From NCBI GenBank assembly GCA_965222155.1, contig CBDCTH010000012.1, forward strand, positions 3,080,441 through 3,144,440: a DNA stretch of 64,000 nucleotides, read 5' to 3'. The translations under genes and the position numbers were made by a program. Positions 47,493 through 56,710 of this stretch are shown one piece after another. The first letter of the stretch is position 1. Every line of letters begins with the position of its first letter. This DNA comes from Gammaproteobacteria bacterium (GTDB lineage: Bacteria; Pseudomonadota; Gammaproteobacteria; Eutrophobiales; Eutrophobiaceae). Under the pieces are notes generated by a model. It was not told the origin of the DNA. It saw nothing but the letters and a program-made list of their open reading frames with translations, and made no database searches.

Positions 47493-48584
47493 ATGGGCTT
47501 CAAATGCGGGATCGTCGGTTTGCCCAACGTGGGTAAATCCACTTTGTTCAATGCTTTGACCAACGCCGGGGTCAGCGCCGAAAACTATCCATTCTGCACC
47601 ATTGAACCCAATATCGGCGTGGTTCCCGTCCCCGATTCCCGTTTGCAGGCAATCGCCCAGCTAGTCAGGCCGGAACGTGTTGTGCCCACCCACGTGGAAT
47701 TCGTCGACATCGCCGGCCTGGTCACAGGCGCATCAAAAGGAGAAGGACTGGGTAACAAGTTTCTTGGGCATATCCGCGAGACGCACGCTCTTGCCCAGGT
47801 GTTGCGTTGCTTTGAGGATGATAATGTCGCTCATGTCAACGGCAGGATAGACCCGCTTGCCGACCTGGACGTGATCAATACGGAACTGTGCCTGGCCGAC
47901 CTGGAGACCCTGCAGCGGGCTTCACAGAAGGCGGAGAAGGCTGCAAAAACTGCTGACAAGCAGGCCTTGGAACAGTGCCGGTTGCTGGCCGCCCTGGCTG
48001 CGCATATCGATACGGGCGCGCCGGCAAGGACACTGCCTCCGGGACGCGCCGAACGGGGCTTGGCGCGGGAACTGGGCCTACTGACGGAAAAACCGGTTCT
48101 GAATATCGCCAACGTGGAGGAAACCGGCATCACCTCCAACAAGTGGCTGGCGCAACTGGCGCGCCGCTCCGAAGCAGACGGCGCCAGGCTGATTACCGTA
48201 TCCGCTGCAATCGAGATGGAAATCAGCGAACTTGACGAGCAGGGTAAAAGTGAGTTTTTACGAGACCTGGGCTTGTCCGAACCCGGCCTGCACCGGTTGA
48301 TCCGGGCAGGTTATGAGTTGCTTGATCTACACACTTTTTTCACGATGACACCCCGCGAAGTCCGGGCCTGGACCATCAGGAAAGGGACTAGCGCGCCCCA
48401 GGCTGCCGGGGTCATCCATACGGATTTCGAGAAGGGGTTCATTCGCGCCGAAGTTATAGCCTATGACGATTTCATAGAGCGCCAAGGCGAGCAGGGCGCA
48501 AAAAACGCCGGCAAGTGGCGCCTGGAAGGAAGGGAGTACATTGTCATGGATGGTGACGTTATATTATTTCGTTTCAACGTCTGA
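47493..48584 (+). CDS. ychF: Redox-regulated ATPase YchF
   Basis: MGFKCGIVGLPNVGKSTLFNALT...; 363 aa with a TGS-like C-terminus. Confidence 0.95.
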   Translation: MGFKCGIVGLPNVGKSTLFNALTNAGVSAENYPFCTIEPNIGVVPVPDSRLQAIAQLVRPERVVPTHVEFVDIAGLVTGASKGEGLGNKFLGHIRETHALAQVLRCFEDDNVAHVNGRIDPLADLDVINTELCLADLETLQRASQKAEKAAKTADKQALEQCRLLAALAAHIDTGAPARTLPPGRAERGLARELGLLTEKPVLNIANVEETGITSNKWLAQLARRSEADGARLITVSAAIEMEISELDEQGKSEFLRDLGLSEPGLHRLIRAGYELLDLHTFFTMTPREVRAWTIRKGTSAPQAAGVIHTDFEKGFIRAEVIAYDDFIERQGEQGAKNAGKWRLEGREYIVMDGDVILFRFNV

Positions 48585-48704
48585 TACGGTAGCCAGAACT
48601 ACTACGTCCAAGCCCATCCGGATAGTTACTTGCTTTTTTAGTTTAGCCGCAAATGGGTTTTTTCGGGATTTCAGCTTCGAGAGATCGTATTCTTTTTTCA
48701 TCAT
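48564..48704 (-). pseudogene. BrnA-like antitoxin remnant (46 codons, C-terminally truncated; overlaps the ychF 3' end)
   Basis: My own translation: MMKKEYDLSKLKSRKNPFAAKLKKQVTIRMGLDVVVLATVSDVETK-stop. The N-terminus matches BrnA-type antitoxins (MKKEYDFSK...K.VTIRLD.DV...). There is an ATGA overlap with the preceding ORF. Confidence 0.45.
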
Positions 48705-48853
48705 TTTTGGACATTGTAGAATGTGGTTTCGGACTTTGTCGCTTTGCGGGCAGATATGATTCGGATCAATTCAGTTTCGAGTTTGTTCATCCAACGCCTA
48801 AAGGCAGCCTCATAATGGGAGTCCTTGTGTTTGTACGTCGACTCTTTCCTCAT
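48701..48853 (-). pseudogene. BrnT-like toxin remnant (50 aa retaining the C-terminal signature)
   Basis: ...ELIRIISARKATKSETTFYNVQK-stop matches the BrnT C-terminal IRIISARKATKKE..FY motif. An upstream piece in another frame (LEFIGAGRPFLKKQVDVQVHYFD, ~48900-48990) suggests a frameshifted N-terminus. Confidence 0.45.
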
Positions 48854-49110
48854 CCCACCGCTGTCCCACGCCCCTTTTCATCGACAGTAGTCCTTGATAC
48901 ACACCTGAATAATAGTGCTGTAAACATGATCAAAATAATGAACCTGTACATCTACCTGTTTCTTTAAAAATGGCCTTCCTGCCCCTATAAATTCGAGTAT
49001 CCGGCATCTGTCCTGATCACATTTGGTGTCGCTAATTCAGAACCTGCGCTGAAGACGCTGTCGTTTCAGGGCGGACTCCGGCATGGTGTAGCTCGGGGAC
49101 CGAAATCCCA

Positions 49111-52100
49111 TCAAACAATAAAGTCCGTTGCATCCAGGCTGGCCATAGCAAAGTCCGCCAGCAGGATCGTGCCACCGCCGCTGTCGGTGAGGTCAAGCGC
49201 CACACCGTCTGTCGTGGTCGTGGTGGTGAGGTTGTCAATGCCTGCCAGCCCGAAGGCCGTCAGGTCAATGCGGTCCACGCCGTCGGTGAAGTCCGTCACG
49301 GTGTCCTGCCCCTCCCCGGGGGCCACCACGAACACGTCGGCGCCCGGGCCACCCACCAACCGGTCGTCTCCCGCAGCGCCGGTGAGGCGGTCCCTCCCCT
49401 GCCCGCCGTAGAGCCGGTCGTTGCCCGGCCCACCGTCCAGCCGGTCATCGCCGCCGCCCGGCCCGCCGTACAGGGTGTCGTTGCCGGCGCCACCGTCGAT
49501 GACGTTATCCCGGCGGTCCCCGGCCAGCACGTCGTCGTGGGCAGAGCCGCTCAGGTGCTCGACATCGGGCAGGGATTCGGTCTGCTCAACACCGTCACTA
49601 TCGGTCCAGGCGACGTCAACTTTGTAAGGGAAGGTATCACCGGTCGCATCGCCACCCGTGGCCGAGAGGTTGTGCAGGCGCACGTCAACTTTGTAAGGGA
49701 AGGTATCACCGGTCGCATCGCCACCCGTGGCCGAGAGGTTGTGCAGGCGCACCGTGACACCGGTGGGGGAATGGGCCCAGGAAGCCGTGTCATGCCCGCT
49801 GTTGCCAACCAGGCGGTCCGCGCCCGGCCCGCCGATTAATATGTCATTGCCGGCGCTGCCCCAGAGGAAATCATTGCCGGCGCGTCCCTCCAGACGATTG
49901 GCCGTCGTGTTGCCGATGATTGTGTCATTGCCGGAGCCGGCGATGAAGTGTTCAATCACCGTCCCCCGGGCGATGACCAGACTGCCGACCAGACCGTAGA
50001 CGTCCGAGATGCCTTCAGGACGCAAGTCGACTCGCTGGTCAGCCGTATCCGTGCGCAGGTCGAGCGTATCGCTGCCGCCGTTGTCGTAGAGGGTCAGTGC
50101 GACCGATTGGCTAGGCTGTAATGGGGTGAAACTCGCCTCGGTGCGGCTGCCGGTGTTCTCGTAGTAGTTCAGGGTGCCGTCCTCCTCACCCATGACCAGG
50201 TCCAGGTCGCCGTCGTTGTCCAAGTCGGCAAAGGTTGGGGCGCTGTTACTATCCACATCGATGCCATCCAGGGGATTGTCAACGCCGGTGCGCTTTGTGA
50301 AGCCCGGCTGACTGCGGCTGCCAGTGTTCTCGAAGTAGTTCAGGATACCGTTCCCCTCACCCACGACCAGGTCCAGGTCGCCGTCGTTGTCCAGGTCGGC
50401 AAAGGTTGGGTTGCTGTGAGTATCCACATCGATACCATCCAGGGGATTGTCAACGCCGGTACGCTCTGTAAAGTCCGGCTGACTGCGGCTGCCGGTGTTC
50501 TCGTAGTAGTTCAGGATACCGTCCCGCTCACCCACGACCAGGTCCAGATCACCATCGTCGTCCAAGTCGGCAAAGGTTGGCACACTGAGCCAACCCACAT
50601 CGATACCAGCCAAGGGATCGGCAGCGCCAGTGCGTTCTGTGAAGCCCAGCTGACTGCGGCTGCCGGTGTTCTCATAGTAGTGCAGGGTGTCGTACCAATC
50701 ACCCACGACCAGGTCCAGATCACCATCGTCGTCCAGGTCGGCAAAGGTGGAGGTACTGTACCTACCCGTATTGATACCATCCAGGGGATCGGCAGCGCCA
50801 GTGCGTTCTGTGAAGCCCGGTTGACTGCGGCTGCCGGTGTCCTCGTAGTAGTACAGGGGGCCGTAATACTCACCCACGACCAGGTCCAGGTCGCCGTCAT
50901 TGTCCAGGTCAGCCAAAGTTGGCCTGCTAAGATTACCCACATCTATACCAGCGAAGGGATTTAACTCACCGGTCCAGAGTGAGAAGATCTGACCAGGGTA
51001 GCCGTCCACGTTAGAGTGATAGCCATAGACGGTGTCGCCGAGGTTGATATCAGTGGGCGTGCCATAGAGATTCTGAATGGCGATGATGTCCGCAATCATC
51101 GGCGTGGCAGGGGTAACTCTGCTGGCCTCAATATAGGTGTTCCACTCCTGGTTGAAGTAGGACATCACTGACGCTTGCTGAGAGTCGTTCAGGAATGCGT
51201 TGTCAACCCCGTAGATAGTACTGAGTATCGCTCCATCATCGGCGTACCTTGGGTAGGGTCCCGAGTGCCCGAGGCCAAGGGCATGGCCGATTTCGTGGAC
51301 GTAGACATAGGCATGGGTGATGCCTGGGTTAATCGTGGCATGGAGAGGGAGCCAGTCTTTCGATATGTTGACATGCGAAGAGATAATCAAGTACGTGCCG
51401 TCATCTGAGGGTGTCCTCCTGGTTGCTCTGGCATGGGCACCGTCCTCTTCGTCGTCGAAGGTAATGTGCGCATCACCGTCCACGAACTCGAAACCGATGC
51501 CGGTGACGGAGGTCCAGACCTCCAGGGCCCAGCGAGCGAGTTGCTGACCCGCAGGTGTCAGGGCGGTGATGTCAGCGGTCAAAGTACCGCCGGGTTCAAC
51601 GTCGAAGGCGCGGCGCGCCCAGAAGCCATCGGTCAGATAATTGGCAATCTCGTCATAGGTGCCCTCGGGGGTCGTGTTCTCAACGACTGACACTTCGTAG
51701 TCCCAAACGTCGGTATTGTCATCCCCACCTTCTACCTTGAGGTAATACGTGCCGGTAGCCGACACCCGATGAATATCAATCACAGCATCAGAACCGTAAC
51801 TGGAAACCTTGGACAAGATGTTGTCTCCGCTCGAGTCCAAGAGCGAAAGATGGAGCCGGGTGTCCTTGGCCGCCGCGATGCTTGCAATACCGAACCTGTA
51901 AATCATCCCGGCGGTCAGCTCGATGCGGACCCAATCCACATCTCCAGTCTGGCTCCCATCTTCATTGCTGGTGGGGTTTAATGCCCCTTGGAAGATAGCG
52001 CCGACGGCCATCGTATACTGGGTATCGACACCAGCAACCGCATCGCCGTTGTCTTCTTTCAGGGAAGAATATGGGTTGAAATCTCCCTCGGTACGGGTGC

Positions 52101-53037
52101 CGGTATTCTCGTAGTAGTACAGGTAGCCGACATCCTTACCCACGACCAGGTCCAGGTCACCGTCGTTGTCCAGGTCGGCAAAGGTTGGTTTGGGGTTGCT
52201 ACGATTACCTACATCGATACCAGCCAAGGGATTGGCAACGCCGGTACGCTCTGTAAAGCCCGGTTGACTGCGCGTGCCGGTGTTCTCGTAGTAGTACAGG
52301 TGGTCATCATACTCACCCACGACCAGGTCCAGGTCGCCGTCGTTGTCCAAGTCGGCAAAGGTTGGGGTGCTATTATCACCCACATCGATACCAGCCAGGG
52401 GATTGGCAACGCCGGTGCGCTCTGTGAAGACCGGCTGACTGCCGGTGCCGGTGTTCTCGTAGTAATTCAGGGTGCCGTCCCCCTCGCCCACGACCAAATC
52501 CAGGTCGCCGTCGCCGTCCAGGTCGGTAAAGGTTGGGGTGTGGTAATCACCCGCATCGATACCAGCCAGGGGATTGGCAGCGCCGGTACGCTCTGTGAAT
52601 CCAGGCTGACTGCGGCTGTTGGTGTTCTCGTAGTAATTCAAGTTGCCGTACCACTCACCCACGACCAGGTCCAGGTCGCCGTCGTTGTCCAGGTCAGCAA
52701 AGGTTGGGGCGCTCGCGTCACCCACATCGATACCAGCCAGGGGATTGGCAGCGCCGGTACGCTCTGTGAAATCCGGCTGACTGCCGGTGCCGGTGTTCTC
52801 GTAGTAGTACAGATGGCCATGAGCTGCACCCACGACCAAATCCAGGTCACCATCGTTGTCCAAGTCGGCAAAGGTTGGCGCACTATGAGCAACCATATCA
52901 ATGCCAGCGACAGGATTGCTCCCAGCGCCAGTGGTACTGTTGAGCGTGCCTAGCAAGTCCCCGCCAGCGGCCATCTTGTGCTGGGTGCCAGCGTCTGCAG
53001 GCGCCGCAGTGCCGTTGTCTTTTTTCAGGATAGTCAT
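49111..53037 (-). CDS. 1308-aa mosaic secreted-type protein: 5 FG-GAP/VCBS repeats, PPC-like domain, M10 serralysin-type protease, 5 more FG-GAP repeats, RTX repeats, T1SS-type C-terminus
   Basis: Ten repeats of TFADLDNDGDLDLVVGE..G.L.YYENTG..SQP.FTERTG, five at ~52075-52905 and five at ~50105-50965. Zinc motif HEIGHALGLGH (51265-51297) and Met-turn SVMSYF. GGxGxD repeats, ending ...SLDATDFIV-stop. RBS aggaga lies upstream of the atg at 53037. Confidence 0.85.
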   Translation of the reverse strand: MTILKKDNGTAAPADAGTQHKMAAGGDLLGTLNSTTGAGSNPVAGIDMVAHSAPTFADLDNDGDLDLVVGAAHGHLYYYENTGTGSQPDFTERTGAANPLAGIDVGDASAPTFADLDNDGDLDLVVGEWYGNLNYYENTNSRSQPGFTERTGAANPLAGIDAGDYHTPTFTDLDGDGDLDLVVGEGDGTLNYYENTGTGSQPVFTERTGVANPLAGIDVGDNSTPTFADLDNDGDLDLVVGEYDDHLYYYENTGTRSQPGFTERTGVANPLAGIDVGNRSNPKPTFADLDNDGDLDLVVGKDVGYLYYYENTGTRTEGDFNPYSSLKEDNGDAVAGVDTQYTMAVGAIFQGALNPTSNEDGSQTGDVDWVRIELTAGMIYRFGIASIAAAKDTRLHLSLLDSSGDNILSKVSSYGSDAVIDIHRVSATGTYYLKVEGGDDNTDVWDYEVSVVENTTPEGTYDEIANYLTDGFWARRAFDVEPGGTLTADITALTPAGQQLARWALEVWTSVTGIGFEFVDGDAHITFDDEEDGAHARATRRTPSDDGTYLIISSHVNISKDWLPLHATINPGITHAYVYVHEIGHALGLGHSGPYPRYADDGAILSTIYGVDNAFLNDSQQASVMSYFNQEWNTYIEASRVTPATPMIADIIAIQNLYGTPTDINLGDTVYGYHSNVDGYPGQIFSLWTGELNPFAGIDVGNLSRPTLADLDNDGDLDLVVGEYYGPLYYYEDTGSRSQPGFTERTGAADPLDGINTGRYSTSTFADLDDDGDLDLVVGDWYDTLHYYENTGSRSQLGFTERTGAADPLAGIDVGWLSVPTFADLDDDGDLDLVVGERDGILNYYENTGSRSQPDFTERTGVDNPLDGIDVDTHSNPTFADLDNDGDLDLVVGEGNGILNYFENTGSRSQPGFTKRTGVDNPLDGIDVDSNSAPTFADLDNDGDLDLVMGEEDGTLNYYENTGSRTEASFTPLQPSQSVALTLYDNGGSDTLDLRTDTADQRVDLRPEGISDVYGLVGSLVIARGTVIEHFIAGSGNDTIIGNTTANRLEGRAGNDFLWGSAGNDILIGGPGADRLVGNSGHDTASWAHSPTGVTVRLHNLSATGGDATGDTFPYKVDVRLHNLSATGGDATGDTFPYKVDVAWTDSDGVEQTESLPDVEHLSGSAHDDVLAGDRRDNVIDGGAGNDTLYGGPGGGDDRLDGGPGNDRLYGGQGRDRLTGAAGDDRLVGGPGADVFVVAPGEGQDTVTDFTDGVDRIDLTAFGLAGIDNLTTTTTTDGVALDLTDSGGGTILLADFAMASLDATDFIV
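49615..49752. repeat. Perfect 2 x 69-bp tandem duplication inside the RTX region of the mosaic gene
   Basis: 49615-49683 equals 49684-49752, base for base. It encodes VRLHNLSATGGDATGDTFPYKVD twice. Confidence 0.95.
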
Positions 53038-53254
53038 GTTGTTCTCCTAATTGTTGTCGGATTACCGGCCTCAAGGGAGACAAGGAAACCATTTGTTTGG
53101 GCTGACAGATGGAGGAGCACGTGGAGGCTGATGTGCGGTGTCGTACTGATAGCCTCCCCCATGAAGCAGTGAGGGTGTGCCGAAATACGCTGTCACAGGC
53201 CCGCGCACTGGCTGCCGTGGAGTGTCATAATTGATTAAAAGACCTATTAATTTC

Positions 53255-53266
53255 GGGGGGGGGGGG
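53255..53266. repeat. G12 (C12 on the gene strand) homopolymer tract upstream of the mosaic protease gene
   Basis: tttc-gggggggggggg-taga lies 218-229 nt upstream of the start codon at 53037. Confidence 0.95.
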
Positions 53267-53530
53267 TAGAATTATCCGCGCTAACTGGCAGGATGCCCAA
53301 GGTCGATACCCGGAGCAATACCCGCATACGGCAGGTCGCCGCGGCCATTGCTGCACAGGCAACCCCTGTCCCTTGGCGAAGGTGAGACTTCATTGTTACT
53401 TGCTCTCTTGCTCAATGGAGATGGATTTTAATCCTAGACAAGTGTGCTGATAAAGTCAAAATTTTGTATGAGTCCCACCAGGCGATGCGATGATTGCGCC
53501 GGATTTTTGATGTGCGCCTTCCATCTCTCC

Positions 53531-53555
53531 GGGGACGGATTTCAAATCCGTCCCC
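53531..53555. repeat. 25-nt palindromic repeat, copy H6 (G variant)
   Basis: ggggacggatttcaaatccgtcccc. Confidence 0.9.
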
Positions 53556-53628
53556 TTATGCAGTACGGCCGCTCGCTCACGCCGTATTTGGGCAGTGCAA
53601 GGCAGATTCTGCAACAAACCGGTTCGAA

Positions 53629-54897
53629 TTAATTGTATAAAAACCCTTCATAGACAAAGGCGCTGCTGATTTTTTCGCAGTCGGGTTCCGATACTCCGGC
53701 CTGGCGGGCTGTTTCGTGCCATGTACTCTTGATTTGTTTTTGCATGTCATCCAAGAGTCGTGCAGCGCCATCTTTTTCAAGCAGGAAACGGTTTGATTGA
53801 GACAGCAGGTTTGTCGCGTTGGCGCGCCGGCCGGCATCCCCGCAAATTAATGCCAGGTCGCGTCGTTCTATACTGACCGGCGTGAATGGAGTCAGATCAT
53901 AAGCAGGAGACAGTTGCCAGTCATATTCTGCGGCGATAACGGCGTGATTACGTGGATGATCATCAATATTGGAGATTAATGCATTAAAACACATACGCCG
54001 AAACAATTCTTCGGCATCCTCTCTGGGCGTTGCAGACAATCGGCGTAACTCTTCTGCCAACACAGGGTATGACCACTTGCCACGGGAGGTGTGAGTATCT
54101 TCAGCGCGCAGCAAGGTCAAGGCGCTGAGCATGCGGGCGCGAGTATAGCCTTTCCCGGTTTTCTCCCGGTCGAAACGTTTGACGAGCAACACATCCTGTT
54201 TTCCAACTTGAACAACAGTACTTGAGGCTGTCGTCAAGCCACAGGCCCGGGCAAGCATCAGCATGGCATGTTCCACCCGCGCATTGTTCCATTTATCATC
54301 ATCACGATTAAACTTTGCGATCCATAATCCATCATTATCTTCGACAACGGTCTTGGGTCGCGCCCCTCCCATGGAGGTGCCGATCAACATCAGGTTATAG
54401 ACCTGTTCCTTATTTGGCTCATCAGGGAGTGGTTCACCATTTATAACGGCCATAGCGATTTTTTGCAGGTGCGCCAGGTCAATTGTTTGATTAAACTCAG
54501 GCGCTATAGCTGGTGGAGTCAGCTTCAAGCCAAAACTCAGGGCGCCCGCTCGATCATCCGGCGCATGGAGTAAATAGTCCATTTCACTCAATTCCGGTTT
54601 TCCCGCCTGCCGTTCGAGCACCTGCCGTCCCCAGTGACCCGGACCGGCGTCCTGAAATGCGCCAAACACGCCTTTTAATGCGCGTGTTTCATAGACACGC
54701 TCAGACAGTTTCAACTCGACAGGGTCAATCGGCACCTTGTCCGGTCGGGCCAGGTAGCTTCTGCCGTACACAAACAACCCGCCAGGCAAACCCGATTTAT
54801 CAGGTTGGACGACGAATTTACCCGCAGTAACGGGTATTGTCTCGCCTGGCAAGGTGATATAGACAAAACACTCGGTTTGATTGAATTCAGAAATCAT
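53629..54897 (-). CDS. hipA: HipA-family serine/threonine kinase toxin
   Basis: 422 aa. The N-terminal HipA-coupling-like region reads CFVYITLPGETIPVTAGKF...YGRSYL. The C-terminal kinase core has ...GGARPK... and ...NIDDHPRNHAV. Confidence 0.86.
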   Translation of the reverse strand: MISEFNQTECFVYITLPGETIPVTAGKFVVQPDKSGLPGGLFVYGRSYLARPDKVPIDPVELKLSERVYETRALKGVFGAFQDAGPGHWGRQVLERQAGKPELSEMDYLLHAPDDRAGALSFGLKLTPPAIAPEFNQTIDLAHLQKIAMAVINGEPLPDEPNKEQVYNLMLIGTSMGGARPKTVVEDNDGLWIAKFNRDDDKWNNARVEHAMLMLARACGLTTASSTVVQVGKQDVLLVKRFDREKTGKGYTRARMLSALTLLRAEDTHTSRGKWSYPVLAEELRRLSATPREDAEELFRRMCFNALISNIDDHPRNHAVIAAEYDWQLSPAYDLTPFTPVSIERRDLALICGDAGRRANATNLLSQSNRFLLEKDGAARLLDDMQKQIKSTWHETARQAGVSEPDCEKISSAFVYEGFLYN

Positions 54898-55228
54898 TAT
54901 CCAGTTTATTTATATTGCGTGCACGATGTCGCTCGTTTCCGCTCAGGTAGGCAAGGCCCGTATCGTCTTTGTTGGGGTCTGCCAACTCCACTGCAGGGTC
55001 CAACAGGTCATAAGCCCACAGCAGAGCGATATAGACGCCGATCCCAGTTGATATCCTGCCTTGTTCCGCGGCGCGTATTGCGCGCGTCCCTGCGCCGATT
55101 TTCTCCGCCACCTGCTCAATGCTCAGGTTACGTCGCAAACGCGCGGTACGCAGGTTGGCGCCAATCCGTTTGATGGTTTGCTCGACCGGATAAGGCGGGG
55201 CTGCTGTGAGGGCATTTCGTGCTGACAT
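54887..55228 (-). CDS. hipB: HipB-like XRE-family antitoxin
   Basis: HTH segment IGANLRTARLRRNLSIEQVAEKIGAGTRAIRAAEQG. Overlaps the hipA start by 11 nt. Confidence 0.75.
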   Translation of the reverse strand: MSARNALTAAPPYPVEQTIKRIGANLRTARLRRNLSIEQVAEKIGAGTRAIRAAEQGRISTGIGVYIALLWAYDLLDPAVELADPNKDDTGLAYLSGNERHRARNINKLDNDF

Positions 55229-55258
55229 AGTATCTTAAGAGCATGTTATATGATTTAA

Positions 55259-55276
55259 TATGCTTTTGAAAGCATA
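55259..55276. promoter_or_regulatory. Candidate operator palindrome upstream of hipB
   Basis: tatgcttt-tg-aaagcata has 8-bp arms and lies ~30 nt upstream of the hipB start. Confidence 0.3.
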
Positions 55277-55405
55277 ATAGAATTTTTCTGAGACTACAAG
55301 GAAAATATATTGTGAAAATAATGGAAATTTTTCCTGAAATACAACTCCTGCTCGTATCGGGTTAAAATTAGCCCCGCTGTTCCAAGTCCTATATAATCCG
55401 TGTCC

Positions 55406-56086
55406 ATGTCCGATTATATCATCGCGCCTTCGATACTGTCAGCCGATATGGCCCGGCTGGGCCAGGAGGTGGAAGCAGTCCTCGCGGCCGGTGCCGATTA
55501 CATCCACGTGGATGTGATGGATAACCACTACGTGCCCAACCTGACTTTCGGCCCGGTTATGGTCCGAGCCCTGCGGGATTACGGGGTAACTGCGCCGCTG
55601 GACGTGCACCTGATGATCGAGCCGGTGGACCGGATCATCCCGGACTTTGCCGCGGCCGGCGCCGACATCATCACGTTTCACCCGGAGGCGAGTCGGCACG
55701 TTGACCGGACCCTGCAACTGATAACGGATAATGGTTGCCGCTGCGGCCTGGTGTTCAATCCGGCAACACCGCTGGACCATCTCCACTACGTCGTCGACAG
55801 GATTGATATGGTATTGATCATGTCCGTCAATCCCGGCTTCGGCGGACAGAGTTTTATCCCTGCTGCCCTGGAAAAGTTACACGCGGCGAGACAGATCATT
55901 GACGCATCCGGCAGGGATATCCGGCTGGAGATTGACGGCGGTGTAAAAGTGGAGAATATCGGCGAAATCGCCGCGGCCGGCGCCGATACGTTTGTGGCCG
56001 GGTCGGCGATCTTCGGGAACGGTGATTATGCCGGAGTCATCGAAGCGATGAGAAAAGCATTAAAACAGGTTGTCCGGGAAGGTTGA
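55406..56086 (+). CDS. rpe: Ribulose-phosphate 3-epimerase
   Basis: [18 protein letters not shown]......[20 protein letters not shown]... Confidence 0.93.
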   Translation: MSDYIIAPSILSADMARLGQEVEAVLAAGADYIHVDVMDNHYVPNLTFGPVMVRALRDYGVTAPLDVHLMIEPVDRIIPDFAAAGADIITFHPEASRHVDRTLQLITDNGCRCGLVFNPATPLDHLHYVVDRIDMVLIMSVNPGFGGQSFIPAALEKLHAARQIIDASGRDIRLEIDGGVKVENIGEIAAAGADTFVAGSAIFGNGDYAGVIEAMRKALKQVVREG

Positions 56087-56122
56087 TACCCGGGATGACT
56101 TATTGGCGTATTGGGTAAACCC

Positions 56123-56710
56123 ATGTTATTGATGATCGATAATTACGATTCCTTTACCTACAACCTGGTTCAGTACTTCGGCGAACTGGACCAGGAGGTA
56201 AGCGTTTACCGGAATGATCAGATCACCCTGGAGCAGATCTACAGGCTTGAACCGGCACATATCGTGATCTCGCCCGGACCCTGTACTCCGAGCGAAGCGG
56301 GTATATCGGTTGACGTAATTCATGAGTTCGTGGATAAAATTCCCATATTAGGGGTGTGTCTGGGACACCAGAGTATCGGCCAGGCTCTGGGGGGGCGCAT
56401 TGTCCACGCCAACCGTATCATGCACGGCAAGACTTCCGATATTTATCATGAAGATTCGGACGTCTTTACCGGTCTGGAAAGCCCATTTGTCGCAACCCGT
56501 TACCATTCCCTGGTGATTGAGCAGAAATCACTGCCAGACTGTCTGGAAATAACGGCCTGGACCAGGACCGAAACCGGTGAGATTGATGAAATCATGGGGG
56601 TAAGGCATAAGGATTATCCCGTTTTCGGCGTACAATTCCATCCGGAGTCGATATTAACCACTTTCGGTCATGACCTGCTCAGGAACTTCCTTCACATTAA
56701 TTCCTATTGA
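56123..56710 (+). CDS. trpG: Anthranilate synthase component II (glutamine amidotransferase)
   Basis: [19 protein letters not shown]...GVCLGHQ...FGVQFHPES. Confidence 0.92.
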   Translation: MLLMIDNYDSFTYNLVQYFGELDQEVSVYRNDQITLEQIYRLEPAHIVISPGPCTPSEAGISVDVIHEFVDKIPILGVCLGHQSIGQALGGRIVHANRIMHGKTSDIYHEDSDVFTGLESPFVATRYHSLVIEQKSLPDCLEITAWTRTETGEIDEIMGVRHKDYPVFGVQFHPESILTTFGHDLLRNFLHINSY

